Source: Priapulus caudatus
Taxonomy: Eukaryota
Assembly (NCBI RefSeq): GCF_000485595.1
Contig: NW_014577065.1
Location: 158,096 to 222,095, forward strand
Length of the DNA: 64,000 nucleotides
Direction of reading: 5' to 3'
Under the pieces are notes generated by a model that saw only the letters and a list, made by a program, of their open reading frames with translations, was not told the origin of the DNA and did no database searches. This document shows, in pieces, positions 50,001-64,000 of this stretch. Positions within the stretch are counted from its first letter, which is position 1; each line of letters opens with the position of its first letter. A program made the translations under genes and the position numbers.

Positions 50001-52899
50001 ATCGGAGCGATAAGAAAACTCAAATGCGGCGTTTTCGCTTATGATAGCTCTGACAATACACACGGAGCCGCCGAAGAGAAGATAGTAGACGGCTGATTTT
50101 TTCTCGAATGTTTCTTCTAGTAGAGCGCCTGTCGCTGCGACAGTTGCAAGATTTTTCTGACGTGTTCAGGCGATGCTGAGCGCCGCAGTAGCTGGATGTC
50201 ACATGATTTCTGCATGTCGGAGGAATGTGTAATCCTTACACGAAGAAATACGGTTGTAGGCTGAATTCGATTCCTAGCGGTCGATACCCGCCGAGACCGC
50301 AAACGCTTCTTCGTAATCGCTTGAGAATAAGGGATGTTAATTTAGCGTATGCTGATATTAATTCATTCGCTCGATATTAAGTTTTACGAATCTATTGAAT
50401 CACATTAATAGTATATTCAATAGGATTTGCTCGTCAAGTGGTTGTGTGTGTGTGTGTGTGTTGGGATGTGTGGTGTTGTGTGTGTGATTGTGGTGTGATT
50501 CGTGTGTGTTGTTGTCGCGCGCTCAGGCTTAGACCGCGCGCGTCTGTGCGCGTGGGGTGTTGCGCGTGGTGGGTGATGCTTGGGGTAGTGCGTGCGAGTG
50601 TGCGTGTGCTGCGTGTCGGCAGTCGCTCGTCGTGCGTTGCGCGTGCACGTTGTGTGTGCGGTATAGTGTACGCTGCCACGACTGTGTGTTGGCTTTATAT
50701 GGGGTTGCGCGTGTGCACGTGACTCAGGTGCGCCGCCGCTATATGTGCTGCGCGCTGCGTGTGTTGGTATTAGTGTTGTGACACGCCCTGTGACGTTGGA
50801 GTGTATATTCGAGAAGAGGGATTGGTCACTGCTAGTAGCAGATAGATCGCGCTTCTAGCTAAACGAGATTTTGATAGGTGACAATTCTATTAGCATCCCA
50901 CGGAGGACCCGTGGTGAGGAAATGATGCGAACATACAATCATATTCCTTTCGTGACTGTGAAGCCTGTCATGGATAAAACTACACATCTTTCGTCATATT
51001 ATTTTATCGGTTACGGTAAGGATGTCATGCCAAAACGAGACGAATCGAGGCGCGTATTACCAACGTAGATTTTCCTTAATCATTTGAGCTTAACTGACGC
51101 ACTCCGCTGGTGACTGCTGTTTTTTTGTATGGGTGGATTGGATTTGTGGAGATTGTGTGAGAATGCAGGGAAGCGCACCTGTTAACGATCAGATGCGGAG
51201 AGGATAAGGAGAGAAGGGAAGCAGGAGGAGAGAAGAGAGAGAGAGAAGGAGACGACGTTCGCATGGAGAGAGCAGGTACGAACGAGACGAGAGAGGGGGG
51301 TGTACGTAGAGAGACTGACGCGCGAGAGAGAGAGAGAGCAGGACGCGAGAATGGAGTTCATGAGTAGAGAGAGGCAAGAGAGAGCAGCAGAGAGAGAGAG
51401 ACGAGAGAGAGAGAGGGTAGGCGCATAGTCAGAAGAGAGAGACAGGGCGAGAGGGTTCAGTGGGATTTTGAAGCACGCGGTGAGGAGAAGAGAGAGATAG
51501 AGAGGCACGAGAGAGACAGAGAGAGGAGAGAGTGGAGAGAACGAGGAGCAGGAGAGAAGACCAGCACGCCGACTGGTATCGAGAAGATGAGACAGAAGAG
51601 CACGATGATCGAAGAATAGGAGACCAGAGAGCCTGTAGAGAGAGGTACCGTTACTGATCGAGGGTAGCTGCGGTACCTGAATCCAGAGAACGGAGGAGAA
51701 TTACCAAAGGCGTCACCAGACCGAGTCGCGTTGAAGACCGTCGTTCGGACGATCCGGCGGATCCGTGATTGTAGATTTTCTGGATGAATATTTATTCGCG
51801 GTATAGTTGGCTTAGTGATGAGAAGGAGATGTTTCAGTAATGTTTCTAAAAGCAATGCTTTTAGAATTTCTTAAGATACTTTTGTCAAGATAATAACGCG
51901 GGAGCACTTGGGAGATCGAGTGGAGAGAGAAAGAATAGGGAACAGAGAACATGAATGAATGGGAGGTAAGACTCGTTGAGTACGAATGAAGATAGGTAGA
52001 TAGTGGGAGCGTCTAGGCGGCCAGGATCTGTAGAGCACAATGGGCGCTCAGACAACCGCGGAGTCAATTTTAGACAGCTGTAGCGATTTTATATTATTAT
52101 AGTCTGATCGCTTATTGTCTTTGTAGTGTTCCCTACTGATGTAATTGAATTGGTCAGATATTTCTCGAATGATTTAAATTACGTGCTGTATACTTCTTTG
52201 TATCCTATGATGTTTTTTATATATTGGTTACGCGCTTGCGATGTGACGTGGTTATAATTCCCAGCCCATAAAGTCTCGAGAATACATATGCAAACGTGCC
52301 GATTGTTCATTGCTATATTCTCTGCGAGCTCTCGTTAGCACAGCTGTGCGATCCATAGGCAAGCCCCGGTACATGCTAAAATCTAATAATCAGATGCTTT
52401 TCGCGTTTATCAGACGGCTCTGATATGTATTAACGCTCTTTACGTATAGTTGATATGTAATTGGGCTATTATGTCGAGGTAATGTATCTAACTGTTCCGC
52501 ATATTGACGCACACCGACGATCAGTGTGCCACGTGATGGTGATTACGAGCGACGGGTTTATCACAGTGACACGCTTTGCGTTGCCGCAAATTAAATTGCG
52601 TATGTAATAATATGGTCTAAACAAGTAATAATAGTATCAGTGCGTCATCTCGTGGCGTCTTTGAGTGAGAACCGCCTCGCTAACCCCGCTCGGTGCAATG
52701 CGTTCTTTTTATCCGCTTACGATCAATTGACGGTAAATGACAAGAACGGTGTGAGTAATGGAAGAGACCTTCATTTAGCCGTAGAATTATACTAGCAGAC
52801 GACAACTTTTAGATATATTCTAACGAACACAAACGGAACAACGCATCAGCTTTTTCTTTCGCGCGAAAGACCAGGGACGCCATCTTCCAAAGACGGAAT

Positions 52900-54100
52900 C
52901 CATCCAGTTCGAGTCACCATTAATACAAATTCCATCCATCTCATAGAACTCATCCATACGCATCCAGTGATTCACCAATAAGCCGACTTACCATATCCTA
53001 TCTTATCCATTCGCACTCCCAATCCACCATCCATCCGAATCCATCCATACTATTATCCACTTCCACATCCGTCCTATTCATCTTAATCTAATCCATCCCA
53101 GTCCATACACTATCCATCCATCACAGGACAGTCCATCCATCCATCCATCCCTGGCTCCATCGCATCCTATCCATCCGATTCCATCCAATCCATTCAATCC
53201 ATTGCGCCATCCATCCATGCCATGCCATATCGATCCAATCCATCCATCCATCCATCCATCACAGTGTACCAAATCCATCCATCCCATAACCATCCATCCA
53301 TGCCATCCATCCATCCATCCAATCCATCCATCCATCCATCCATCCATCAATCCATCGCATCCATCCATCTCATTCCATTCACATCCATCGAATCCATCCA
53401 TTACATCTATCCATCCATCCATCATCCATCGTCCCCATCCATCCGATCCATACTCACAATTGGCACATCAGATATGCATATTCGTCAAGTCCATCGTAAT
53501 CCATCCTATACACATCCAATTCGCAATCCATCCAGTTACCATCTTGAGTGCACATCCATTCGACGAATCCATTCATACATCGATCCAATACACATCGTAG
53601 TCCATCCCAATATCCAGTCACATCCGAATCTCATACCATCAGACATCCAGTCGAGTGCGAAATAGCCTCAATTGTACAAATCTCGCATCCATGACTCCGA
53701 TCTTGAAGATCCACAATTCGCAATAGATCAGTCAACGAGTCCATACACATCCAATCCATCAGTGTACATCGCATTGATCTCTCTTCCATATTTCTTCCGT
53801 ATACTGCCAAGAGTCAGTCTAATGACCATGACCATCCAGACTTCCATTCCACAAGTCTCGAGAATACCATTCTCATCGTCGTCCAAATACACATTTTTGC
53901 ACAGTGTTCCATACCCAGTTTCCATCATCTATCACAGTTGTCTCATCCACTCCCATCCCAGTCCCAATCCGTGCTCAATCGCGACGAATGCAAAGTGCTC
54001 AGACGTGCCATCCTCTACCAGTCCATAGCCATGCCATCCATCACATCACAATCCATCCATCCAATCCATCACTTATACCATCCATCCATTCATCTAATAC
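52900..54100. repeat. Degenerate or noisy (CCAT)n array
   Basis: Dense ccatccat repeats. Confidence 0.8.
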
Positions 54101-55059
54101 TATACCTAGGATAAACGTGTACATCGTCGGGGTGTGTTTGTGGTGAATTTATAGTGGCAAGTATGTGGAACGTTCAGTAAGGTGTGCAATTGTAAGTGTG
54201 CGGTAGCCATGGGATATATGTGTGTGTGTGATGTGTGTTGTAGATGATTGCTGAATGTGTGTCGTAAAAGCATGAAGATTACTTGTGCTGTGACGATCGA
54301 CTCGTGTGTGCTAGTGCTGGTGTATGTGTTGTGTGTGTGTGCCGCTGCATGTGTGAGCGTGTGTTGTGCCTGGTGTACACATATCAGAGTGTGATAAATC
54401 CTCGGGATAAACCCACCGAGACATTCGCAGAGAGAGAGTCCACTGCCCTCTATATATAAACTCTCTCATACCGGCTTACAATGCCATCTACTAGAATCAG
54501 CATACGCGCCGCATCTGAAACATCGATTAGGCCTACGCCCGCTGCAGTGCATCACGTGTGATGCTCTCAATGTGACAGCGCTAATCCCACATTCTCGTTG
54601 AAATTTATACATTATTAGAATAAGAAACAAAGAAGAGAATTTTTTTGCTGGCTCAATTGAACGGAGTGTTCCTTAGTGCGCACGTTAAAGTGTTCGCAGC
54701 CTCTGTGACCTTCTATGGAAAGCCGCGTATTTGCTGTGACAGCTGCCGCCTAAAGACAATCTAAATCATCATCCTTGTCGTTGTTGAGTGCGTGCATGGC
54801 GGAAACGCCCCCCGCCCCCACCCGGTTAGGGACGGGACGGTAGCACGTCGCGCACGACGCCCGCACGGTTCTTCCTGGTGGCAGCGGGACGCGGGCGCGT
54901 CTGGAAACGCACCCCCCCGACTCGCGCCCGAGTGCCCCCCGCGACCCGCCATGCATGACGCCGAGAGAGCAGGCGAGAGCGGGCATGGACGAGGCTATGT
55001 AGTCCTCTCCAGCGTGACACTTGCCACTGTACCTTTTCTACCAGCATTTTCATCTATGA

Positions 55060-55620
55060 TGTGATGACCCAAGATATGCGATCATTGATGAGTCGCAGAT
55101 CATTCATCATATCCATCATCATGTGTTATCATCCCATTATCACTCACCACCAACCGACTACCACCACCACCACCACACCACCACCACACCACCACCACCA
55201 CCACCACACCACACCACACCACCACCACACCACCCACCACCACCACCACCACCACCACTCACCACACCACCTACCACCGACCACCGCACCCGACCGCCCA
55301 CACAGACGCCCACTCCAGAACCCACCACCAATCCTTAACTCACAAACTGCCACACCTCAACCACCACACTCCACCGACCATCACCACGCCTCACCCACAT
55401 CCACCACCCACGCTACCGAGACTACCAAACATCGCACACCACCAACAACCACAGCCACGCTACGCCGAACCACCGCGCCACAGCGCACGCCACCCGCACA
55501 CCACCACCACCACCACCACTATCAACAATCATCATCACCATCATCGTCGTCGTCGTCGTCGTCGTCGTCTTTGTCATCTTCATCGTTATCATCTTTATCT
55601 CGACCATATCATCTATGATC
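55060..55620. repeat. (CAC)n/(CAT)n/(CGT)n trinucleotide low-complexity tract
   Basis: Visible arrays; these generate the His/Pro/Thr pseudo-ORFs in the track. Confidence 0.8.
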
Positions 55621-58529
55621 ACCAACTACAGGTCTGTATTTTGTCCACTCCATATCTCTTTGCTTAGCCTTGCACCTGTCTGCTACAATCGTACAAATTA
55701 CTGTATGCCATCATCGTAAACTATTTAAATGTGACTTTAAATTGCTAGTACCAAATTCAACTTGCTACGGTACAGGAATCTATTGTAAGCTTATACCACG
55801 CATTGAAATTTTTGGGATGCGATAAAGTTTCCCGAGCTCGCCACACATCCGTCGTGATAGTAGTTTAATTATATTCTATATTTCTCATGCCCGATTTTTC
55901 CAGGACCATTTAATATCCACATTGCCGAGCCACATGCGGTTCTTAATAGATTCTGTCTAATCTGTCTTCTTATTGGCCTTCACTGATAATCTCATTCTCT
56001 TGCTTGCTTCCGTTATATCTTTACACTTTATCGTTCCCCAACACAGATGTGAAATGCCGACAGTGATATGGCATAACCATCTCTATCAATGTATCAATGT
56101 CAAAGTGGTACATTATTCAGTTGTGTAAATTGCGCAAATGTGACTTCTACATGTCCATGGTTATTATCAAAAATTTATTGGATTTATTTTGAATGAAATT
56201 GACAATTGTTGTGTTTCTGTAATATGCCGGCTTGTGTTAGCTTTATCATTCTTAAACGGTTCTAATGCTATGTATGTAATGAATATAAATTATTGTGCGT
56301 AATAAATGCATTTATAATTAATTGTGCTATGACACGTCCGTGATGTCCATTAGATATCAAACAATGTTTCGTTTGATTCAAACTATTTAGCCTCTCGAAT
56401 AACAGTTTCTTTGATATTTAAAACAACTCAACATTGAACATATCAGATAGTAATCCTCATATTAAGATTTAATTAATGCTAGATGTTTCTAGGCCTATTC
56501 TTAGATGTCAACCCAATGCAAGCAACGTATGGATCAAATCATACTATTGGATGATTTGGAATGGATGGAATGAAATGAAATGGATTTAATCAATTATTCT
56601 ATTTCATTTCCCAACGAATAGAAAGTGTGCAGCGCGAAATTATCGCAATTTGATTCGTGATCACCTAGTACGGATTTACTTGTGTCCATAACGTGCGTGA
56701 ACACTAGTTACGATCGAGGTCATGAACACGATCATATCAGGAGTAGGTAAAACAAGTTTGTTTTTATTCACTCTTGATGGAATACATGGACGTGATATTA
56801 TACAAGTGAATATCCAACATATATCATTCATATGACATTAGTTAATAGACCCAATGCATCGGGTGTTGCCGTGTTGCAGAGGTTTGGGCGAGGCACAGTT
56901 GGTTAGAGAGCACAATGGCTTCAAGCCGTAGAGATATCGTGAAAAATCGCGAAAGATGGTTGGACGGTGTGGAGTGGACTCGGCACATGCACGTGCCTGG
57001 TTTTGTATTTGCGTTCCGTTCCACGTAGCTAATGGTTCTTATACTTTCCCAATACTATATCTCATAAATATTAAGCGCTAAAATCTGGTATAAGGTAAAA
57101 ACCGTGGATAGTCGTAGTGAGTCCTATTCTTACTTTAGCCATAGTCAATCTACGATATACTTTCAACCCTATCTTCTCTCATATAGCCGGTATACGTATT
57201 CTAGAGAAAACACGGCTTAGCTCTTTTTTTGCTCAACTTGACGACCATGTATTTTTGCGACGAACCGAACAAAGAACTCTCTTTCATGAGATAATTAGAA
57301 ATGCCGTGATTGCATGCACGATTGAGTTGCCGACTTCATCATTATGCTAGAAATTAACCAGATTTCGTCGACTCCGCATTACTATTAGCGCACGAATTTT
57401 AAAATCACAGCAATCGTAATCGTAAACGGTAACGTGGTTATGATACGCCCACACTCCCGTCCCTGATTCATCGTGGTTGATTTACCACGGCGTGTTTCAC
57501 GCTTATGGATTTATGTAATTACGCATATTTTAAAGCCTGAGGTAGAGTATTGAGTCGAAAGCTCGTCCACAATATATTATATATATATATTCCTTTTTCC
57601 TCATTAGAGCAAGAAGATCCACTCGAATTACATACACGTGTATGTATAAATCAAGTATTGATAATGAAGACTATGAACAAAGCAGAAGTCACAACAGTTT
57701 GCCTATCTATAAATGGTTATTCTGTTTAGCCTGCAATTCCGCGTTCTTTGTCATTATTTCGTTTGTTCTTGCCGTGCACTCACGTATTATAAGCTGATAT
57801 TTTAGTTCGCAATATTTTGGACGAGCATCGCGCTACTGCATGTAATAAATATTTCATGTTCATAAGTATATTCGCATAGAACAACTGAGTGTATGGTGGG
57901 ATGTAAGGTTTCCCTAGCATCATAGCGTTGCCTCAATATTTCCGTTTTTAATAGATAAATTGCCCCACACAAGAGAGCGCACTGTTTTGACTAGACACGA
58001 GCACAACGCGAAAGTCGCAGATGTTAGACATCGGTTTCAAATAGTCGAATATCTGTATAACATTGTTTTAGTGCATCACTACTAAATCTACACTATGCCG
58101 ACAAAGAACATTAAAGCTTCAAGATACTATAGAGAACATACAGGCTAATGTAACAGATGGTTTGGGTTTAAAATGAGCAAATCGTTATGGTTGCATATAG
58201 TTGCTTCTTTATTTATAATTTAATATACGATATAAATTTACAGTTACCTAAAACTAACTAAAAGACATTTCTATGACATAGTTACCATGTATGCAATGTA
58301 AATCAAGAAGATATACTAGAATAACAACCTGTATCAACTCCCGTAAAACCCGATTTTCCATTTCACAGGGTCAACCATTTAAATTTAGGAAGCTCAGAAC
58401 CTATAGTTACTCAGACATGACTCGAGAAAAACTGCCTACTTTGGCAAAGGTCAGAGAAACCTTTTAGCACTTTCTACCCACTCGAATGATCGCCATATTT
58501 AATTATTTAATATTCTAACATCTAAATAT

Positions 58530-58653
58530 GCTACTTTACTGCTTCTGTTACTGCTTCTACTGCTGCCGTTGTTGTTGCTGTTCCTTTTACTGCTGCTGCC
58601 ACTGCCGCTGCTGCTGTTGGTGGTTGTAGGTTACTGCTGCACGGCTGTGCTGC

Positions 58654-58687
<34 letters not shown>

Positions 58688-59042
58688 GCTACTACCGCTG
58701 CTACAACTACTGCAGCTGCTACTGTTGCTGCTGCTACTGTCGCTGCCCTTACCACTTTACTGCTTGCTCGCTACCATCACCGCACCGCACCGCCCACCAC
58801 ACGCCACCGCCACCGCCACCCGGCCACCGCACCACCACCCGGCACCGGCCACGGGGCCCGCCACCGACCGCCACGCGCCACCGCCACCGCACGCCACGCC
58901 ACCGCACCCACCGCCACCGCCACCGCGCCACCGGCCACCGCACCACCGCACCACCGCTACCGCCACTACACTACTACTATTTATATGCTACATACTTACT
59001 ACTACGTACTACTTATACTACTACCTGCTGCCTACTACTACT

Positions 59043-59074
<32 letters not shown>

Positions 59075-59120
59075 TATTTTACTGCTATTACCACTGGTTC
59101 TGCTGCTCTTACTACTACGT
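58530..59120. repeat. (CTG)n/(CCG)n/(CTA)n compound trinucleotide tract
   Basis: Visible arrays. Confidence 0.8.
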
Positions 59121-60179
59121 AGCTTTGTGAGTTCTTGAATTGCGAGGAGACCTACAATCTTCTCAATCTAAGTCCTCGAATTTCCGTTTAGCTCCCTGTC
59201 GACCTACATATACTTGCATCTGTCAGAAATGCTACTGCAAATTAGCGTTCACGATGGTGAACATCCGCAGTCCCACACATCAGCCGTCAAGACGTTTGTG
59301 CAATTAAGGATTTTGACGAGTGCGTCACGTAAACCGATGGTAGTCGATAAAAGGCCTAGCGGTTAAGCATGGCATTTACCCAATCTCGCAGGCGCCGTGT
59401 TGTCGGACTATGGACAGAGGTGATTAGTCGCGATGAAAGCGTCGGTTTTCAGCGTGCAAGAAAGAGTGACGAAATAAAATGACCAAATTAAAATGTCCAC
59501 AGATTGGATATGAGGGGCTATTGAAGCATCTGATCCCTGTCTTTCTTATTAGCTCAGCACGGACAGACCGGCGCAGAGTGCCAGGTACCAGGGAAGGCAA
59601 AACAGAGCTGTGCGTATGCCCGGAAAATAATTACGTATACATGGTTTAAATCAAGTGCGTTTTGGCGTTGTAAAATAAATTAAATGCATCGTGTCAAGCC
59701 GTCAGAGAAAACCTCTACTTGACCTGTCCTGCTGAGTTGATCACGTTCATAGTTCATCACAAACATGAAACATATGCAACTCTTAATCATGTGTATGTTT
59801 TCCGGCTCCGGCACGAGAAGCTGTGAGTTCCGGTTTTGTAAGTAGAAATACGTAGAGGCGTTTACTGCGGGCGAGTGTCGCAGATCTTTCGTTAATTCGT
59901 CGCACAGGCATACGTGCTAACAATTACGATAATGAAATATTGTCGTGCTGCAATTCAGCAATAATGGCCATATAGAAACGAGAAAGAGAGTAAATCGGCG
60001 ATTTACCTCTTAATGTCAGCGGATTACAGTTTGATTAATAGATTAATTTAATTAATTAATTGATTGATTAATCTGAGTTTAATCTCCATTCTCAATTTAA
60101 CAAAGCCATATGTCCAAACCGAAGCTGTCTCAGCTATCCATTTTCAGGCATAACGTTCTCTTTGACGACGTAATACCAA

Positions 60180-61790
60180 ACATACACAGGCGTACGTACA
60201 CATGCTATATACACAGGCTTACGTATCACATGCTCATATACAGCAGCTTACGTACACATGCTACAATACACAGCGCTACGTAGCCATGCTACATAAACAT
60301 GCTTACGTACACATGGCTACATACACAGGCTTACGTACACATCTATATATACACAGGCTTACGTACACATGCTATATACACAGGCTACGTACACATCTAC
60401 ATACACAGGCTACGTACACATGCTATAATACACAGGCTTACGTACACATGCATACATACACAGGCCTACGTACACATGCTAGCATACAGCAGGCTTACGT
60501 ACACTGCTAGCATACACAGGCTTACGATACACCATCTACATACACCGGCTTACGTACACATGCTACAATACACAGGCTTACGTACACATGCCTAACATAC
60601 ACAGCGCTTACGTAGCACATCTACATACACAGGCCTTACGTACACATGCTACATACACAGGCTTACGTACACATGCTATATACACAGGCTTACGTACACA
60701 TGCTTGTATACACAGGCTTAACGTACACATGCTAACATTACACAGGCCAGTTACGTACACATGCTACTACACAGGCTTACTGAAAAAAAAAAAAAAAAAA
60801 AAAAACAAAGAAAAAAAAAAACACATGCTACATACACAGGCTTACGTACACATGGCATATACACAGCTTAGCGTTACAGCATGCTCATACCAGGCGCTAC
60901 GTACACATGCTACATACCACAGGCTTAACGTACACATGCTACATACACAGGCCTTACGTACAAACCATGCTACTACACAGGCTTACGTACACATGCTACA
61001 TAACACAGGCCTAGCGTACACATGCCTACTACACAGGGCTTACGTACACATGCACACTACACAGGCTTACGTACACATCTACAGTACACAGGCTTACGTA
61101 ACAGCATGCTACGATACACAGGCTTACGTACACATGCTACATACCAGGCTTACGTACACATGCTATAATCAACACAGCTTACGACACATGCTACATCCAC
61201 AGCTTACGTACACATGCTACATACACAAGTCCTTACGTACAACATGCTAGCATACACAGGCCTTTACGTACACATGCTATATACACAGGCTTACGTACAT
61301 CATGCCTATAGTACACAGCTTACGTACACATGCTACATACACAGGCTTACGTACAACATGCTCTATACACGGCTTTACGTCCCACATGCTACATACACAG
61401 GCTTACGTACACATAGCTACATACACAGGCTTACGAAACATGCTATATACACAGGCTTACGTAACACATGCTATATACACAAGGCTTACTACACATGCTA
61501 CATACAAAGGCTTAACATACACAATGCTACATACACAGGCTTACGTACACATGCACATACACAGGCTTAACTTACACAATGCTGACATACACAGGCTTAC
61601 GTACACATGCTACATTACACAGGCTTACGTGACATGCTAGCTACACACGGCTTACCGTACAACTGCCTAGCATACAGCAGGCTACGTAACATGCCTAATA
61701 CACAGGCTTACTACACGATGCAAACATACAAGGCTTAGGTACACATGCTACTACACAGGCTTACGTACACATGCTATATGCCAAATACAC
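60180..61790. repeat. 27-bp tandem satellite (~55-60 noisy copies)
   Basis: Consensus catacacaggcttacgtacacatgcta, interrupted by an A-rich run at 60783-60821. Confidence 0.92.
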
Positions 61791-62834
61791 GTACGACTTT
61801 GCAGCACGGGCGCGCAATACGGGATTGCACACCACACACAATGTACCACACACCACCCACACACACACACACAGGCATCCACACAACACGACCACACACC
61901 ACACTCACACACACATCCCACACCCATACACCACAAACACAAGCCGGAAGTGCACACCACCACACACAACACACACAACACACAACTACACACACACACA
62001 CACAGCGCGCGCGCGCAAATATATATATACTATATTAATATATATTATATATACTATATATACGTCATATCATATAACATATATATATATATATTATATA
62101 TATGATTTATGCACATTATAACTCCTGATATATATGTATATATATAAACATATATATAATTATATATATATATATATACTATATACTATGTTATATATAT
62201 ATAGCTAGCGCGCTGCGCCGCGGAGTGGTGTGTGTGTGTGGTGTTGATGCTGATTGTGCTGTGTGTGTGGTGTAGTGTGTTGTGCTGTGTGTGTGAGTAA
62301 GTGTGTGCACTGCATAAAGAGTTGCTAACAAACAGGCACTCCACGTGGGTGTGATTTGGCTCGTAATAATACGTGCAATTATCCGGTATTTATTATATTA
62401 TGGATGAGGTAATATAATGCCGTATTAAACGCGTTGGATGAGCAGAAGATAAGCAGAATAAAGCAAGATGGCCTACATTTCACTCGGCGACATCCGGTAA
62501 ATCCGGGGACGAATCGATACTGTTGTTGCGCTTCAGGTGGCCATTCTAGAAGAGGCACTGCCGATAGGTATCTAGAACAATTCTGAGCATAAAGCTGAGC
62601 TTATATATATATAAGAGTAATAAGAAACAGAGAGAATTAATAATAGGAGACTCCTATTATGTACTCTTGATATATATAGTGCGTATATTGTATTCAGCAT
62701 GTCGCACCTCATGCCAGTAGTCAGTGTCAGGCAAATGTCATCAGTTCTGGTAGATGTGTCCGGATTTATCACGGAGTAGAGATGCGCCACAACCTAGGGC
62801 GTTTAACGGCGTAACATGTTCGGGCAACAGAATC

Positions 62835-62935
62835 CACCGAGCCATCGAGCACCGAGCCATCGAGGACCGAGCCATCGAGCACCGAGCCATCGAGCACCGA
62901 GCCATCGAGCACCGAGCCATCGAGCACCGAGCCGA
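62835..62935. repeat. 15-bp tandem repeat
   Basis: ccgagccatcgagca, about 6 copies. Confidence 0.9.
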
Positions 62936-63064
62936 TTATAGCGAAAACGAGTATAGATTTTACTATATAAAACGTTAGATATAGATACGATAGAGATAAA
63001 AAAAAAACGAATATATGAGAGAAGCGACAGATGATTATAGAGAAAACGAGAATAGAGAAAGAGA

Positions 63065-63103
63065 GAAAGATAGATAAATAGATAGATAGATAGATAGATA
63101 GAG

Positions 63104-63178
<75 letters not shown>

Positions 63179-63215
63179 GAGATAGATAGATAGATAGATA
63201 GATAGATAGCTAGAT
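63065..63215. repeat. (GATA)n microsatellite
   Basis: Visible array. Confidence 0.92.
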
Positions 63216-64000
63216 AGAGAGAAGAAAGAAAAAAAGAAAGAAAGAAAGAGAGAGAGAAGCAAACGAGAGTGAGCGGGTGAGTGAGTGCGTGCTCCTAAAT
63301 AGAGCGTTAGCGCACGGGAGGGAAGTATTTCGTAGACCATGCGTTCCGTGATCAGTGTTCTACAATATAATTATGTGCTTCCACTATAGTTAGGTCTGGG
63401 CGTGACGGTGGTGTATTTAAGTAAGCCGGCGTAGTAATAGATAAGCACGATACTATAATATATTTCACATATAATATGGTGCATATATTATCTTTCAGGG
63501 CGAAATGCGCTGAATCTGACTACACTTAACACGTATACCCATATCATTTCCCCCTCACACCAAAGCCGCGACTATAACATATACAACACTCCCGTGCACT
63601 AAGCAGGGCTGGTGTAGGTGGCGGTAAAACCTCGGTGTGTGTGTGTGTGTCATCGTCAGATTCGATAAAAACCCGTGAATATAATATTGAATACGACGCA
63701 ATGTTGTGACGATTTTGACATTTGACATTTGACATTTTGACATCGTCCCTTTTCATTCATTCCGGTAAACCCATCGTTACTTTACGATATACTATTATTA
63801 CAGTAATTTCGGTTCAATTTCATTGATCGCCAGAGTCGAATCGTATTGATGACGCGGTATCGACGATGCCGACGCACTATAGCAGTGCACGAGCGTCTGT
63901 AAGCAAAGCACCTGTCTATACGGAATGAAAATATCTTATTTAGCTCGTGAAGAGAAGTTATTGTGATTGTTCCCCGCATTGATGGCTATATCGCATAATG

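Noticed and set aside
55061..59138. His/Pro/Thr-rich and Leu/Ala-rich ORFs (55061-55618, 58569-59138)
   Set aside because: Translations of trinucleotide microsatellites in noisy sequence.
60180..61790. 27-bp repeats as a CRISPR array or repetitive protein gene
   Set aside because: Units are head-to-tail with no unique spacers, there are no cas genes, the context is eukaryotic, and frames shift constantly.

Overview
Repeat-rich eukaryotic DNA, apparently from an invertebrate animal, in a draft assembly. It has two N-gaps (9872-10307, 17711-18114) and long stretches that look like unpolished long-read fill (about 10.3-13.8 kb, 18.1-21.0 kb, 47.4-62.5 kb). Almost all ORFs in the supplied track are spurious readings of microsatellites. 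One host gene is recognisable: the 3' half of SETD3 (actin-histidine N-methyltransferase) on the + strand, seen as four exons (1776-1875, 2999-3065, 25198-25346, 28673-29167). Splice phases require one further exon that I could not find. The 22-kb interval between the second and third exons and the downstream DNA hold many transposable elements. These are two Helentron/pearl-like HINEs (one with a nested 5-bp-TSD MITE), an RTE LINE fragment, IS3EU-like foldback elements with 17-bp subterminal arrays, and an internally deleted Helitron with both termini and a broken PIF1 helicase. They also include a tRNA-derived SINE, a deleted AcademX element with ~630-700 bp TIRs, three abutting Harbinger-like MITEs in alternating orientation, and two unrelated 9-bp-TSD MITEs with telomere-like cores. 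A 1.5-kb inverted duplication encloses a segment that is also directly duplicated. I see no convincing new multi-gene system; the most interesting signals are transposon architecture and the missing SETD3 exon. Family assignments come from recalled termini and motifs, not database searches.
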